Below, piece after piece: positions 34,795-47,035 of a stretch of 47,035 bases of DNA (positions are counted from its first letter, which is position 1; the number at the start of each line of letters is the position of its first letter). The stretch is from Octopus sinensis. Its lineage: Eukaryota. The position numbers and the translations under genes were made by a program. Under the pieces are notes generated by a model, which did not search any database, was not told where the DNA came from, and saw only the letters and a program-made list of their open reading frames with translations. The stretch spans positions 1 through 47,035 of the forward strand of contig NW_021834597.1 in NCBI RefSeq assembly GCF_006345805.1. Direction: 5' to 3'.

Positions 34795-34960
34795 CATTCT
34801 TTCTGTGTTTTTCTCTCTCTGTGTATCTTTCTGTTGAAGAGCGTAGGCTCGAAACGTTAAAGACTTGTTTTATTTATATTTCCTGAGCGCCATACTAATA
34901 CAATTGTTCGTTTGTTTTCCACCTGCCTTCGTCTTTTGTTTATTTTCATAAAGCTTCCCG
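34795..34960 (+). mobile_element. Hammerhead-bearing repeat, copy 2 (motif at 34826-34863, core CUGUUGA-A)
   Basis: Homologous to 1211-1400; TCTTT-CTGTTGA-A-GAGC-GTAG-GCTC-GAAA-CGT-T-AAAGA. Confidence 0.65.
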
Positions 34961-35199
34961 TCATACATACATACATACATACCCTAACCATTCTGCCATT
35001 ATTTTTTTTTTTAGTGTTGTCAAAGGACTACATTGCCCAGTGTGACTCCTTCATACGTAATACGGTAGAGTGTAATTTGAGGAAGATTCGGCTGCTGTTT
35101 CTAACGGGCCACACAACCAGATAAAAAAAAATTGTTGTTCAGGTGCTATTGTTGGTATTATTTAATTGTTCAAGTTGGTTTCATTGGTTTCTTGTAGCT

Positions 35200-35320
35200 G
35201 TTACGCCCGTTGTTGTTGCTGCTGCTACTGCTGCTGCTACTGCTGCTGCTACTGCTGCTACTGCTACTGCCGCTGCTGCTGCTGCCGCTGCTACTGCTGC
35301 TGCTACTACTGCTGCTCGCG
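35200..35320. repeat. (GCT/ACT)n trinucleotide array
   Basis: Direct reading; produces the poly-A and poly-L ORFs. Confidence 0.95.
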
Positions 35321-35706
35321 TCTGTGTTGAACTTTTCTTCAGCTATTGTACTTACTATTGCAACTGATCATGTTGTGGTTGTTACTGTCGTTGTTTCTAT
35401 AGTTCTACCCACTTCTCTCCTTCCCACTTTCTTCCTTTCTTTCTTTCTTTCTTAAGCTTAGTCGCAGTCTTTCTACCCCCTCTCACTTTCTCAACAAATC
35501 TACCCCCCGCTTCCAAATACTTCTTTGGTTATATGTTTTTAAGTTCATTTTTGCTTTCTCACTCCCACTAAATAATCTCCAGTTACTTTGTTAACACTTT
35601 TTCAACTTCTCTCTCATGCTCTCTCGCTCTCTCTTTGTCACTCTCTTCCTTTCTTTCTTTCTTTCTTCTAACATTGTTACATCTATTCATCCTTATTTCG
35701 GGTGTC

Positions 35707-36141
35707 GGATCTTTTCGGTTTGAACGGCAGTTTTTCTAGCGGTGTCATATGAAATTGTCACCCATAATTATGACCCTAGTATCGATCTATTGCATTTCAA
35801 TCTGTTTTAGGGCTAGGGTTAGTTAGGGTTAGGGTTAGGGGTGGGGGGAACGGTATCTTTTTTTTTTTTTTCACAAATGTAAATAAACCCAATCTGTTTC
35901 TTAAACGAGGGACATATTCATACGACACAGAATGATTTTTACCTCAATAGACGTCAGTGATTGGTTGAAATTGCAGAAATTGAAGAAAAAAAACAACAAA
36001 TATCTTACAAACCATAGAATTTTCTCATAAAGCCAAGAGAAAAAGATGTTTTATAAACACATTCTACCAGTATACGAAGTTTAAAAGTGTTTAGTTACCT
36101 AGAAATTATGTTAAAAACTGCCGTTCAAACCGAAGAGATCC
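35707..36141. mobile_element. 435-bp MITE with 29-bp TIRs and 8-bp TSD (Merlin-like candidate)
   Basis: TIRs GGATCT(T/C)TTCGGTTTGAACGGCAGTTTTT with 1 mismatch; TSD CGGGTGTC at 35699-35706 and 36142-36149; internal TTAGGG-like repeats. Confidence 0.85.
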
Positions 36142-36230
36142 CGGGTGTCTCTTCATTTCACTCTCCTTCCAATTATACCCCCTTATAACATATTACGCCC
36201 AATTAAAAGAACTTCGTAACAAAGAAGAAC

Positions 36231-36416
36231 AATCCTTTCTACTATAGGCACAAGGCCTGGAATTCTGGAGGAGTGGGCAAGTCGAATACATCGACAAAAG
36301 TACTTGACTGGTGCTTACTTTATCGATCCCGAAGGATGAAAGGTGAAGTTGACGAACAAAACGCTGCTAAGCATTTTGTCCGGCGTGCTTAATGTTTCTG
36401 CTAGATTGCCGCCTTA
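36231..36416 (-). mobile_element. Family A SINE
   Basis: AATCCTTTCTACTATAGGCACAAGGCC tail through to TTGCCGCCTT head (reverse complement). Confidence 0.75.
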
Positions 36417-36834
36417 ATAAAGAAAAATAGCGCACGATGGGGGTAAGCGCATTAAACCGGTCACTTTTTTAAAATTATTTAATTTGATTCTTTTTTTTTT
36501 CCCCACTCTATGAAATACATTTATATAATTGATTCTGACAAAGGCATAAGACCAGAAATTAGAGAAGGAATCGATTAATTCGATATCACTACTTGAAGCA
36601 TATGGTTTTTTTATTGACACCCCCCACCCCCACCCCCCCTCCATAGGATGAAAGGCAAAAAATTAACCACCATGGGAATTGAACTCTGAACATAAAAATG
36701 CCGATACAAATACTGTAGGGCATTTTCTTTGATGCTTTAACGAGCTCAGGGAAATAATTGACCAAGGCCAATGACAAAAGCTTTGTTAATTCGGGTAAGT
36801 GATGACATATCAAATGACACACCATTTTAGTTGA

Positions 36835-37053
36835 AAGGCGGCAAGCTGGCAGACTCGTTAGCACGCCGGGCGAAATGCGTAGCCGTATTTCGTCTGCCGT
36901 TACGTTCTGAGTTCAAATTCCGCCGAGGTCGACTTTGCCTTTCATCCTTTCGGGGTCGATAAATTAAGTACCAGTTACGCCCTGGGGTCGATGTAATCGA
37001 CATAATCCGTTTGTCCCCTCTGTGTTTAGCCCCTTGTGGGCAGTAGTGAAATA
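36835..37053 (+). mobile_element. Family A SINE, X-tail monomer, 15-bp TSD
   Basis: TSD CATTTTAGTTGAAAG at 36823-36837 and 37054-37068. Confidence 0.9.
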
Positions 37054-37351
37054 CATTTTAGTTGAAAGAAAAATACAAAAACTTACATATTTGTTACTGA
37101 TTCTTTTAAAGAAAAGGAAAGATTACTTCAATAAATTAAGAATTAATTTCACACAAGTTATATAATGTGCTGAGGAAGGGAGTATGATCTTTTTTAGCGA
37201 GTAATGTGGCAGCTGTGGACACGTTTCGGTATTAATGAACCTCGTCAGTGAGGTACCCTGATCAAAACTACGCTTGTTTCATCAGATTACGTGTCTGTAT
37301 ATGTATATGTGTGTATTTGTGTGCGTACCTGTGTGTATCGGTGCGTACACC

Positions 37352-37582
37352 AGGGCGGCAAGCTGGCAGAAACGTTAGCACGCCGGGCGAAATGCGTAGC
37401 CGTATTTCGTCTACCGTTACGTTCTGAGTTCAAATTCCGCCGAGGTCGACTTTGCCTTTCATCCATTCGGGGTCGATAAATTAAGTTCCAGTTACGCACT
37501 GGGGTCGATGTAATCGACTTAATCCGTGTCTGTCTTTATTTGTCCCCTCTGTGTTTAGCCCCTTGTGGGTAGTAAAGAAATA
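37352..37582 (+). mobile_element. Family A SINE, X-tail monomer, 12-bp TSD
   Basis: TSD GGTGCGTACACC at 37340-37351 and 37583-37594. Confidence 0.92.
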
Positions 37583-37744
37583 GGTGCGTACACCTGCTTG
37601 TTCCTTTTGTGGGGGTGGGGGGGGCGTGCATGTGTACAAAGCTTTTAATCAAAAGTTCAGTAATATCAACATACACAAAAAAATAATCAGTTTTATAGTG
37701 ATAGCAGAATATTATTAAGGCGTTACAATACTGAAGATAGAATG

Positions 37745-38050
37745 AGGCGCAGGCGTGGCTGTGTGGTAAGAAGCTTGCTTCTCAACCACATGGTTCCGGG
37801 TTTAGTGCCACTGCATGAGAAGTTGAGCAAGTGTCTTCTTCAATAGGCTCGGGCCGATTTGTTTGACGGAAACTGAAAAAAGATCATCATATATATGTGG
37901 CTGTGTGGTAAGTAGCTTGTTTACCAACCACATGGTTCCAGGTTCAGTCTCACTGCGTGGCACCGTGGGCAAGTGTCCTCTATTATAGCCTCGGGCCGAC
38001 CAAAGCCTTGTGAGTGTATTTGGTAGGCGGAAACTGAAAGAAGCCCGTCG

Positions 38051-38101
<51 letters not shown>

Positions 38102-38506
38102 GCGTGTGTGTGTATGTTTCTGTGTCTAGGTTTGTCTCTCACCATCGCTTGACAACCGGTGCTAGTGTGTTTACGTTCCTGTAACTCAGCGGTTCAGCAA
38201 AAGAGACCGATAGAATAAGTACCAGACTTAAGAAATAAGTTCTGAGGTCTATTTGTTTGACTAAAAAAGACCCCTCCAAGGAGGTGCTCCAGCATGACCG
38301 TAGTCTAATGACAGAAACATGCCAAAGAATAAATGAACATAGGCGCAGGAGTGGCTGTGTGGTAAGTAGCTTGCTAACCAACCACATGGTTCCGGGTTCA
38401 GTCTCACTGCGTGGCACCTTGGGCAAGTGTCTTCTACTATTCGCTCGGGCCGACCAAAGCTTTGTGAGTGGATTTGGTAGACGGAAACTGAAAGAAGCCC
38501 GTCGTA

Positions 38507-38592
<86 letters not shown>

Positions 38593-38815
38593 TGTGTGGT
38601 GTTTGTTTGTCTGTGTTTGTCCCCCTAGCATTGCTTGACAACCGATGCTGGTGTGTTTATGTCCCCGTTACTTAGCGGTTCGGCAAAAGAGACCGATAGA
38701 ATAAGTACTGGGCTTACAAAAGAATAAGTCCTGAGGTCGAGTTGCTCGATTAAAGGCGGTGCTCCAGCATGGCCGCAGTCAAATGACTGAAACAAGTAAA
38801 AGAGTAAAAGAGTAT
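37745..38815 (+). mobile_element. Tandem array of three family B SINE units
   Basis: Heads at about 37745, 37897 and 38340; tails end at about 38330 and 38815. Confidence 0.9.
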
Positions 38816-39946
38816 TGAAATTAGCTTAAATTCTTAATCTATATCTTCTCCAGAGTTTTGTTTTTGGGTAAGTCAATCGTTCATGAAAACTATATATATA
38901 TATATTCACGAATGATTAAGCTATTAACAGATCACAAAGAAAAGTCGTAAGAGAATTTTACTGGTTATTTATTCATTGTTGATACAACCGGGGTGGGGGA
39001 TTGCGGAAACATCCGAAATATCGTAAGTGGAAGTATATTCAATGTGTCGGCAAAATGCATTGCAGGGAGTGCTCCAGTTTCTGAAATCAACATTAAAAAT
39101 AGAATTTAACTTTCAGAAATGAGTTGTTCGCTAGAAAAACAACTAATGTCTGTAGCCTAATTTTGAATTACACAACTATGAACCACTCAAGGAATGATTG
39201 CGCCATCGTGCTAGAAATAACAGCCAACTCTCCCTTTCTTTACAAACTACTTATTCAAAAAGAAAAAGAAACGTGTATACAAGATAAGTACCTCTAGATA
39301 CACTAGACTGTAGAAATTTTTTATTACTTAGGAACAGTGCCCATGGTTTTTGCAGGCCCTCTGAGACACGTAAATACCGCTCATGATCCGTTTTATCTGT
39401 TACAAGTGGACACCTGCAGGAAAGTTGTTCTCTGGGACCGATCTCCTAAGGAGGGATGACTGGTTATAATGGTGAGTGTGTAGCTTAGAGTGGTGGACAC
39501 AGATTGACCACATCTGATTGATAACATGTCTACTTAATCAAACTAGACATTGGTCTAAGCAAGTTTGCCATCACCTTCAACCAGTTATCACAACGTTTCC
39601 AATTGAATGCGATAGTATTTTAATACACTGCTTCTCTTTAAGAGACGGAGTGGCCAGAGCTGGAATGCCTTTGATCATTGGCTTGCTCAGCTGAGATTGA
39701 ACGGAATTAACACTACAATCATCACTACAACACTAACTTCACCACCACAACTAAGTAACTAAATTGGATCTCTTGTTTCAGCTGTGAGGATTCAGTTCAA
39801 TCAAATTAATTAACTGCTCCCTTACTAAGCCTGATTCAATCTCCTACCACTTCCTGTTACTGAATGAAGCACCAGTAGTCTTACATTTTCTACCTTGGGA
39901 GATGTCAAACGCTGCTGTGTCTCAAAAAATTCTCTCCTATCAACTT

Positions 39947-39980
39947 ATCACTGAAGAAAGATTTTGTCCGAAACGTTGGT
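39947..39980 (+). ncRNA. Degenerate minimal hammerhead-like motif (core CUGAAGA-A)
   Basis: ATCA-CTGAAGA-A-AGA-TTTTG-TCC-GAAA-CGTTGGT; same layout as 8935. Confidence 0.35.
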
Positions 39981-40052
39981 TTTCTCTCAATCGCCACGGC
40001 AAGTTCACTATACCCTTCTTATCAATTTTTCTTGTCGACGCTGATCAAAAGA

Positions 40053-40096
<44 letters not shown>

Positions 40097-40119
40097 CGCG
40101 CGCGTGTGTGTGTGTGTGT

Positions 40120-40150
<31 letters not shown>

Positions 40151-40359
40151 TCGTGTGTAGTCTGTTCGATTATAAGTGCAAATAGAATCCGCATGACACG
40201 GCATGTGTGATCAAGTTGTACTTTCTGAATTACAGTTTCGATACAGTTTCCATTTAACTTATTTCATTCAAAATACCCGGATTACCCCCAGAAGCAATGG
40301 AGAATGGCGCTTGCCTGAGGTGCAACTCAATGAGGTTGAACCTGGGACCTGAATCTTGC

Positions 40360-40414
40360 AAACTACTACCACTACTACACTACTACAACCCTCACTGCCG
40401 TCACCAAAACCACA

Positions 40415-40476
<62 letters not shown>

Positions 40477-41428
40477 AACCACTACTAGTACTGCTGCTGC
40501 TGCTACAGCTATCATACTAGCCCACTGCCGTCAACACCACCGGTACCACCACCACTACCACCACCACCACCACTATCATCATCATTATCTAGTCATTATT
40601 CAGATCACTACCACTCACATCATCATTATCCACAGCCACCAACATCGATACCATTCAGTTTTACCATTTATCACCGTCCAAGACTAATCGCATCGTAAAC
40701 GACCATCATCATCATCATCATCATCACCACAACCACACCACTACCATTCCCACCTCCACCGTCAAGGCCACAATCACCACTGACATGAGCCGCCACCATC
40801 ACCACCACTCACATCACCACCACCACCACCACTACTACTGCTGCTGCTATTGTCAGCGCCATTACTACTATCGTACTTCACTTCTCGACCTTTTACTGTC
40901 TTCTACTACCGTCGGTACTATTACCGCCATCACGTTACTGTTACTACTACTGCTACTACTACTACTACCACTACTACTACCACTAATACTACTACTACTA
41001 CTACTACTACTTACTACATTTATTACCAATCACCACCACTATTGCCACTAGTACTAGTACTACCACCACTACTATACTACTACTAATACTACTACTACCA
41101 CCACCACCACTGCTATTACCCTTATTATAAATACAATCACCATTAGAACACTATTATTATTACACCAGCACTGTTACCATTATAACTACTATTCCACCAC
41201 CACCGCCACTACTGCCACCACCTCCACCGCTACCGCCGACACTACGACGATTACCACCGGCACCGTTGCCGCCACCATCAACACGTACGAAGTCGAACAC
41301 CGCCTGCTCTCCATCATCACTTCACACCGTCACCGTCACCGCCGCCACCAGCACTACCATTATTACTACACATCATCGCCGTCGTCGTCGTCGACACCAC
41401 CATCAGCTGCTCCTGCTCCGCCGCCACC

Positions 41429-41460
<32 letters not shown>

Positions 41461-41490
41461 CGTCGCCGCCGCCGCCGCCTCCACCTGGCC
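40360..41490. repeat. 1.1-kb mosaic trinucleotide array (CTA, CAC, CAT, CCG, CGT)
   Basis: Direct reading. Confidence 0.95.
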
Positions 41491-41885
41491 AACATTTCTC
41501 ATAGTAAGAGATATGTTTGTACAGATGCCTTCAACGTAAAAGCCAACCATTCGCCAGCCGGCCGGGGTCATCAAGTACACTAGCTTTGGCTCACCAAAAA
41601 CTTACTAACACATTCCTGTGAATCTTTACGCTCTTTTTCTCTTTTCCTTTTCTTTCTTTCTTTCTTTTTTTGTTTCTTTCTTTCTCTCTCTTTTCTCTTT
41701 TTCTCGACGGCTACATACTTCCAATTAAACACTATTCCCGCTACACCTCCTTCCTTCATTACCGCCACCACCACCACCGCCACAACCTATCGCCCTTACA
41801 CACACATCTACACCGAACTACGCACATAGAACACACATGTGTGTACATAACAGAAAAAAAAGGAAACATGCATACACACACACAC

Positions 41886-41918
<33 letters not shown>

Positions 41919-42529
41919 TATATATACAATCACAGCCGTTCTTATTATCGACAAAGCGATGACGGCGGGGGCGGTGGCGCTGAGGACGCCGACACCATCG
42001 CCGTCCCATTCGTCCGTCGTCATTGTCGTCGTCGTCGTGGTCGTGGTAGTGGTCGGTCGTCGTCGTCGGCCTCAACCCACCACCCCACCACCATTCCCCC
42101 CCATACACACACACTCACACACACACAGCAACAACAGCCGATACCAACGCCGCCGCCGCCGTCGTCGTCAAACAGCAGTACAGACGTCAACCGACGCATT
42201 GACGCCAGCGCCGACAACGGCGCAATCCACCCACCTTCGCGTCATCGCCTCCACCGACACCTCGAACCTTCTCTCGCTCTCGCTCGCTCGCTCGCTCGCT
42301 CTCTGCTCATAAACTCATATGCGCAAGCACTGTGCTGGAAGGAAAAGAGCGATACGCAAACACACGCAGACACAAACACACACATACACGCACACACACA
42401 CGCACATGGACATCTATATGCATATAAATATTTATATAGATGACTTATATAGATACATAGTTTATAAAAAACCTGATTTCGCTAAAAATATGAACGACCT
42501 TATGAGATCATAAATGTGTTATGCGAGTA

Positions 42530-42810
<281 letters not shown>

Positions 42811-43190
42811 TATTCTTGTATCCGTTAACTTGTTTCAGTCATTTCACTGCGGCCATGATGGAGCACCGCCTTTAGTCAAAGAAATCGATCCCAGGATATT
42901 CTCTTTTGTCGAACTGCTAGATTACTAGGACGTTAACACACCAGCATCGTTTTTCAAGCGATGGGTGGGGGGGGGGAGAAACGCAGACTTACAAGTACAT
43001 ATATAGGAATGGCTGTGTGGTACGTAGCTTGCTTACGAACCACATGGTTCCGGGTTCAGTCCCACTGCATGGCACCTTGGGCAAGTGTTTTCTACTACAG
43101 CCTCGGGCCGACCAAAGCCTTGTGAGTGGATTTGGTAGACGGAAACTGAAAGCAGCCCGTCGTATATATGTATATATCTATATATATATA
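42811..43190. mobile_element. Family B SINE with head and core inverted relative to the tail
   Basis: Tail on minus strand 42811-42990; head and core on plus strand 43005-43162. Confidence 0.8.
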
Positions 43191-43341
43191 ACGGAACAAA
43201 TGGTAAATTCACACACGAGACGAGACATTGCTCATTCTTCGTCAGTCATCATCCAGAAGATCCTTTCACTTTCATGCCTTTAACGATAATATTGTTCTCT
43301 TTTGATGTCATCAATAACGAGAAGCTGCTGGAAATAGCATA

Positions 43342-43372
<31 letters not shown>

Positions 43373-43744
43373 TGTTTGTATGTATGTATGTATGTATGTC
43401 ACAGGACGAGCTTTCATATTCACTCACAAGGCATAAGATATAAAAAAAAACTCCAAAGTGCTGGCAAGCCTAATCTAAAATTGAGAATCAAAGTTCTTAC
43501 CTCATGTTCATGCGTGCGACAATATATGCTTGTGTTTATGTGCATATGTAAATGTAGGTAATATATAAACATGTAAATAGATATATGAGAATTCATGTAC
43601 ATATATATATATGCACATATTTACAGAGATATTGCCTGCCTATGAGGCAATGCTATCATAGCTAGAAAACAATCGTATTAAATATGGAGGAAGAATAATC
43701 CTAAAAGCTACAGTGATGAGAAGGGCATCACCACACATAATTCG

Positions 43745-44118
43745 AAAGACTACACGTGAAATATCCCTATCAAGACTTTTGTGAAATGTAAGCACAAAAG
43801 ACCAGACATAGAGATCTAGGATAGAGATAAGAAAATATGCACAGAAGCTAAAATCAGTTGCCCAGTAGAAGCCGACATAAAGTTTAGTGAAAATGGAACG
43901 TCTATGCCGAAATGATGAGAAATCTGCAGGAGTATAACATTAGCTTTCTGTCAATAATTATTGGAGTACCAAGCCGTTGTGACTACCTTGGAATCATTCT
44001 TGAAGAATTGGGATTCAAAAATTTAAAAGGAACATTTCTTTTCCGAAGATTACAGCTGCAAGCTGCCAAAGGTACGATCTCAATATGTAAAGCACTCATT
44101 ATGTCCAGGATAAAATAA
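43745..44118 (+). mobile_element. Diverged RLE C-terminal fragment of the (CATA)n-linked R4-like lineage
   Basis: NIPIKTFVKCKHKRPDIEI*DRDKKIC...KISCP...MRNLQEY...IIIG...LEELGF...RRLQLQAAKGTISICK. Confidence 0.75.
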
Positions 44119-44356
44119 AATGCACGTATGTAATGTCAACCATGCCTGCGTCCTTGTCCACACGTAGAGGTATATATGTGTACATGCATACATGTGTGCA
44201 TGCATATATACGTGATGATAATGATGACGACGACGACGACGACGATGGTGATGATGATGATAATTAATGAGCAAAATTAAAGAAAAAACAATACGGGCGG
44301 GACAAATTTTGAAAAAGATGTTATTAGTATAACCCTTAAAAGGAAAGGGGAAAAAA

Positions 44357-44395
44357 GATCTTTAACGTTTCGGACGCCAATTCTTCACCGGATAA
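44357..44395 (-). ncRNA. Degenerate hammerhead-like motif, same family as 15897
   Basis: Minus strand TTAT-CCGGTGA-A-GAA-TTGGCG-TCC-GAAA-CGTT-AAAGAT. Confidence 0.35.
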
Positions 44396-44487
44396 TAGTA
44401 AATGAGAGTGGAAAGGTAACACACACACATATATACACACATATATGCATACATATAAGTACATATACATACATAAATGCATACATA

Positions 44488-44596
44488 CATATAAGACTAA
44501 CCTGTTTGATGTTAAAAGATTTTATTTCTGGAATTAAAACCGATTAATTCAGTTCTTTATTGGTAAGAAAATCGAAAACAAAATCCAAGAGTCAAA
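44488..44596 (+). mobile_element. Degenerate solo copy of the 110-bp (CATA)-linked terminal module
   Basis: CCTGTTTGATGTTAAAA...AAAACCGA...TTCTTTATTGGTAAGAAAATCGAAAACAAAA, between CATA tracts. Confidence 0.5.
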
Positions 44597-44629
44597 ATAC
44601 ATACATACGTACATATATACATACATACA

Positions 44630-44663
<34 letters not shown>

Positions 44664-44941
44664 CATAAATACATATACATACATACATACATACATACAT
44701 ACATACATACATACATACATACATACATTACATACATACATACATGCATACATACACACACGTACATACATACATACATACATACATACATACATACATA
44801 CATACATACATACATACATACATACATACATACATACATGCATGCATGCATATATCTTATATCGTAATATGGGAATTGTAAAGTATAAACTATATTGTAT
44901 TGAGCAAATAATATCAATAGGATTGGGTAGATTGTATAGAT

Positions 44942-45020
44942 ATTGGGCAAGTGTCTTCTACTGTAGCCTCGGGTCGATCAAAGCCTTGTGGGTGGATTTG
45001 GCAACTGAAAGAAGCCCGTC

Positions 45021-45059
<39 letters not shown>

Positions 45060-45207
45060 CAACGAACTTGGAGTTTCCGTCTAGCAAGACTTTTATCAGT
45101 CCGAAGCTATAGTAGAAGATACTTGCCTACGGTGCCACGCTGTGAGACTGAACCCGAAACCATGTGGTTGGGAAACGACCTTGTTACCAGACAGCCATGA
45201 CTGCACC
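44942..45207. mobile_element. Inverted pair of family B SINE fragments around (TA)n
   Basis: Plus-strand core 44942-45021; minus-strand head and core 45071-45207. Confidence 0.75.
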
Positions 45208-45448
45208 TCTCTCTCTATATATATATATATATTGTGTGTGTGTGGTATATATATATATATATATATATTATATCTATATATATATATATATGTTATGTAT
45301 GTATGTATGTATGTATGTATGTATGTATGTATGTATGCATGTATTATGTATGCCTGTATGTATGTATAAAATGTGTATGGACGTATGGATGTATGTGCAT
45401 GTTTTTATAGAGAGAAATCGAGAAAATATCAACTAGAATGAGAGAGGG

Positions 45449-45479
<31 letters not shown>

Positions 45480-45729
45480 AGAAGCTAATGAGGTTGAAAG
45501 AAAGAGGTGGGAACGGAGAAATGGGTGTGAGATAGACACTCTAATCTCAAGTACATACCTAACAAATGACACGAATGTTTACAGGTATAAAGATATATAG
45601 TTAAATAGTTACGCACTAACCCTCACGCGTGCGCAAAACGCACTCATCAACATACTTGCGCGCGCATGCATGCATGTACGCACACCATTTTACCTATATA
45701 AGTATGTATACGCACATATGTTAGTGCGT

Positions 45730-45818
45730 GTGTGTGTGTATATATAATATATATATATATATATAATATATATATATATTATGTCTCTATATATACATAT
45801 ATATATATCGTATATATG

Positions 45819-45854
<36 letters not shown>

Positions 45855-45881
45855 ATATATATATATTATAGTATAATATTG

Positions 45882-45912
<31 letters not shown>

Positions 45913-46030
45913 GTAATGTAAATATATGTATATATGTGTGTGTGTTTGTGTACGTATGAAAGTACGTACGTATGTATGTATGTATGTATGTATGTATGTA
46001 TGTATGTATGTATGTATGTATGTATGTATT
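45730..46030. repeat. (TA)n/(TATG)n microsatellites
   Basis: Direct reading. Confidence 0.95.
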
Positions 46031-46429
46031 ATATATGTATCTATCTATCTATATGTATATAGAAACCTTGTATTTATCGTATAACAATAACACACGTATT
46101 CTAAACACACCGACTTTGCCATAGCAGAAGTACGCCCTTTTATACATATATATATTTTTTTCTCACTTTCTTCACCAATTACCAGAATTTCATTATATTC
46201 ACAAACACACACACACACACACACACGCATATATATATTCTATGTACACAAAGAGATACGCACACTTTATGGTTTTATTGTTTTTCATTGCGCTTCGTAT
46301 AATGAAATATGAGCAAATGTTTTAACAAATGTGTTGTAACGCTTGTTTTGTTTTTCTAGATGACACAGATTTTCACACATTCATTCATTTGCGCACCAAC
46401 GTTCACTGAGAAGCATAAACAGGCACACG

Positions 46430-46469
<40 letters not shown>

Positions 46470-46787
46470 CAAACAAATTCGTAGACACATACAAACATAG
46501 ATATAGATATATACATATAAGCTTATACACACACATGTTCCATATTCATTATAAAAATATATTTTGTTCCCGTCCGATATCTCAAAAAGATAGTGATAAC
46601 CATACCATGGTGTGAATATGGCGTGTGGTATAAACACACACGCACACACACATATATACCCATACATTATAGATAATATATATGTATATATATATATGTA
46701 TATATATCTATAATATATATATTATATATATATTATATATATATATATGGACATGTGTGTGGTGTGTAGTATGTAAATAAATTTAAC

Positions 46788-46818
<31 letters not shown>

Positions 46819-46849
46819 AATATGTGTGTGTGTATATACACACATGCAT

Positions 46850-47010
46850 ATATGGTACAGGACGTTGCCAACTGCGCAAAGAACATGAAATATGTAAAAG
46901 CAGAACAAGTAAACACAGAGCACAGAGAAAGGACACTTCTTCATCAATTGTCGGCTGTCTATCTAATCCTCATTCAATGATAATATGTATTCAAAGACAG
47001 TTGCTCCCAT
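46850..47010. repeat. Interspersed repeat related to 25850 (possible Penelope-like LTR remnant)
   Basis: TATGGTACAGGACG...CTTCTTCATCAATTGTCGGCTGTCTATCTAATCCTCATTTC-like segment, read on the minus strand as TTGATGAAG. Confidence 0.35.
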
Positions 47011-47035
47011 AAATTCTAAAATAAAATTTGGATTT

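Noticed and set aside
35806-35848. TTAGGG repeats as a chromosome end or fusion site
   Set aside because: Only a few units, lying inside a TIR/TSD-bounded MITE.
39395-39480. Candidate exon ending in TG|GTGAGT
   Set aside because: All three frames contain a stop between the plausible acceptors and the donor.
41670-42443. Longest ORF, 257 aa
   Set aside because: Composed of CAC, CA, CGT and CCG repeats, with no recognisable domain; openness is explained by stop-poor repeats.

Overview
AT-rich, microsatellite-dense eukaryotic non-genic or intronic DNA. The SINE content resembles the octopus tRNA-derived OK/OR families as I recall them, so the source is most likely Octopus (inference, not database-checked). 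I found no host protein-coding exon; almost all ORFs in the track are microsatellite translations or antisense to transposon remnants. The real coding remnants are all retrotransposon-derived: (1) a 5'-truncated R4/Dong-type element (RT, CCHC finger, restriction-like endonuclease, RLE) inside a (TAA)n array at 12.46-15.47 kb; (2) 3' fragments of a second R4-like RLE lineage tied to (CATA)n arrays; (3) two CR1/L2/Jockey-group RT remnants; (4) one probable AP-endonuclease remnant. The window also holds about 30 SINE copies in three families, a recurrent headless 200-bp element, three MITEs and a Helitron-like insert. Best leads: six minimal hammerhead-ribozyme-like motifs with non-canonical cores; a covarying 3'UTR hairpin in the Dong element, whose frameshifts look like homopolymer sequencing errors; a (CATA)n-linked retroelement that stacks head-to-tail; and a tail-less SINE whose TSDs start with GGT and which builds SINE dimers. 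All alignments and foldings were done by eye and coordinates of decayed copies are approximate.
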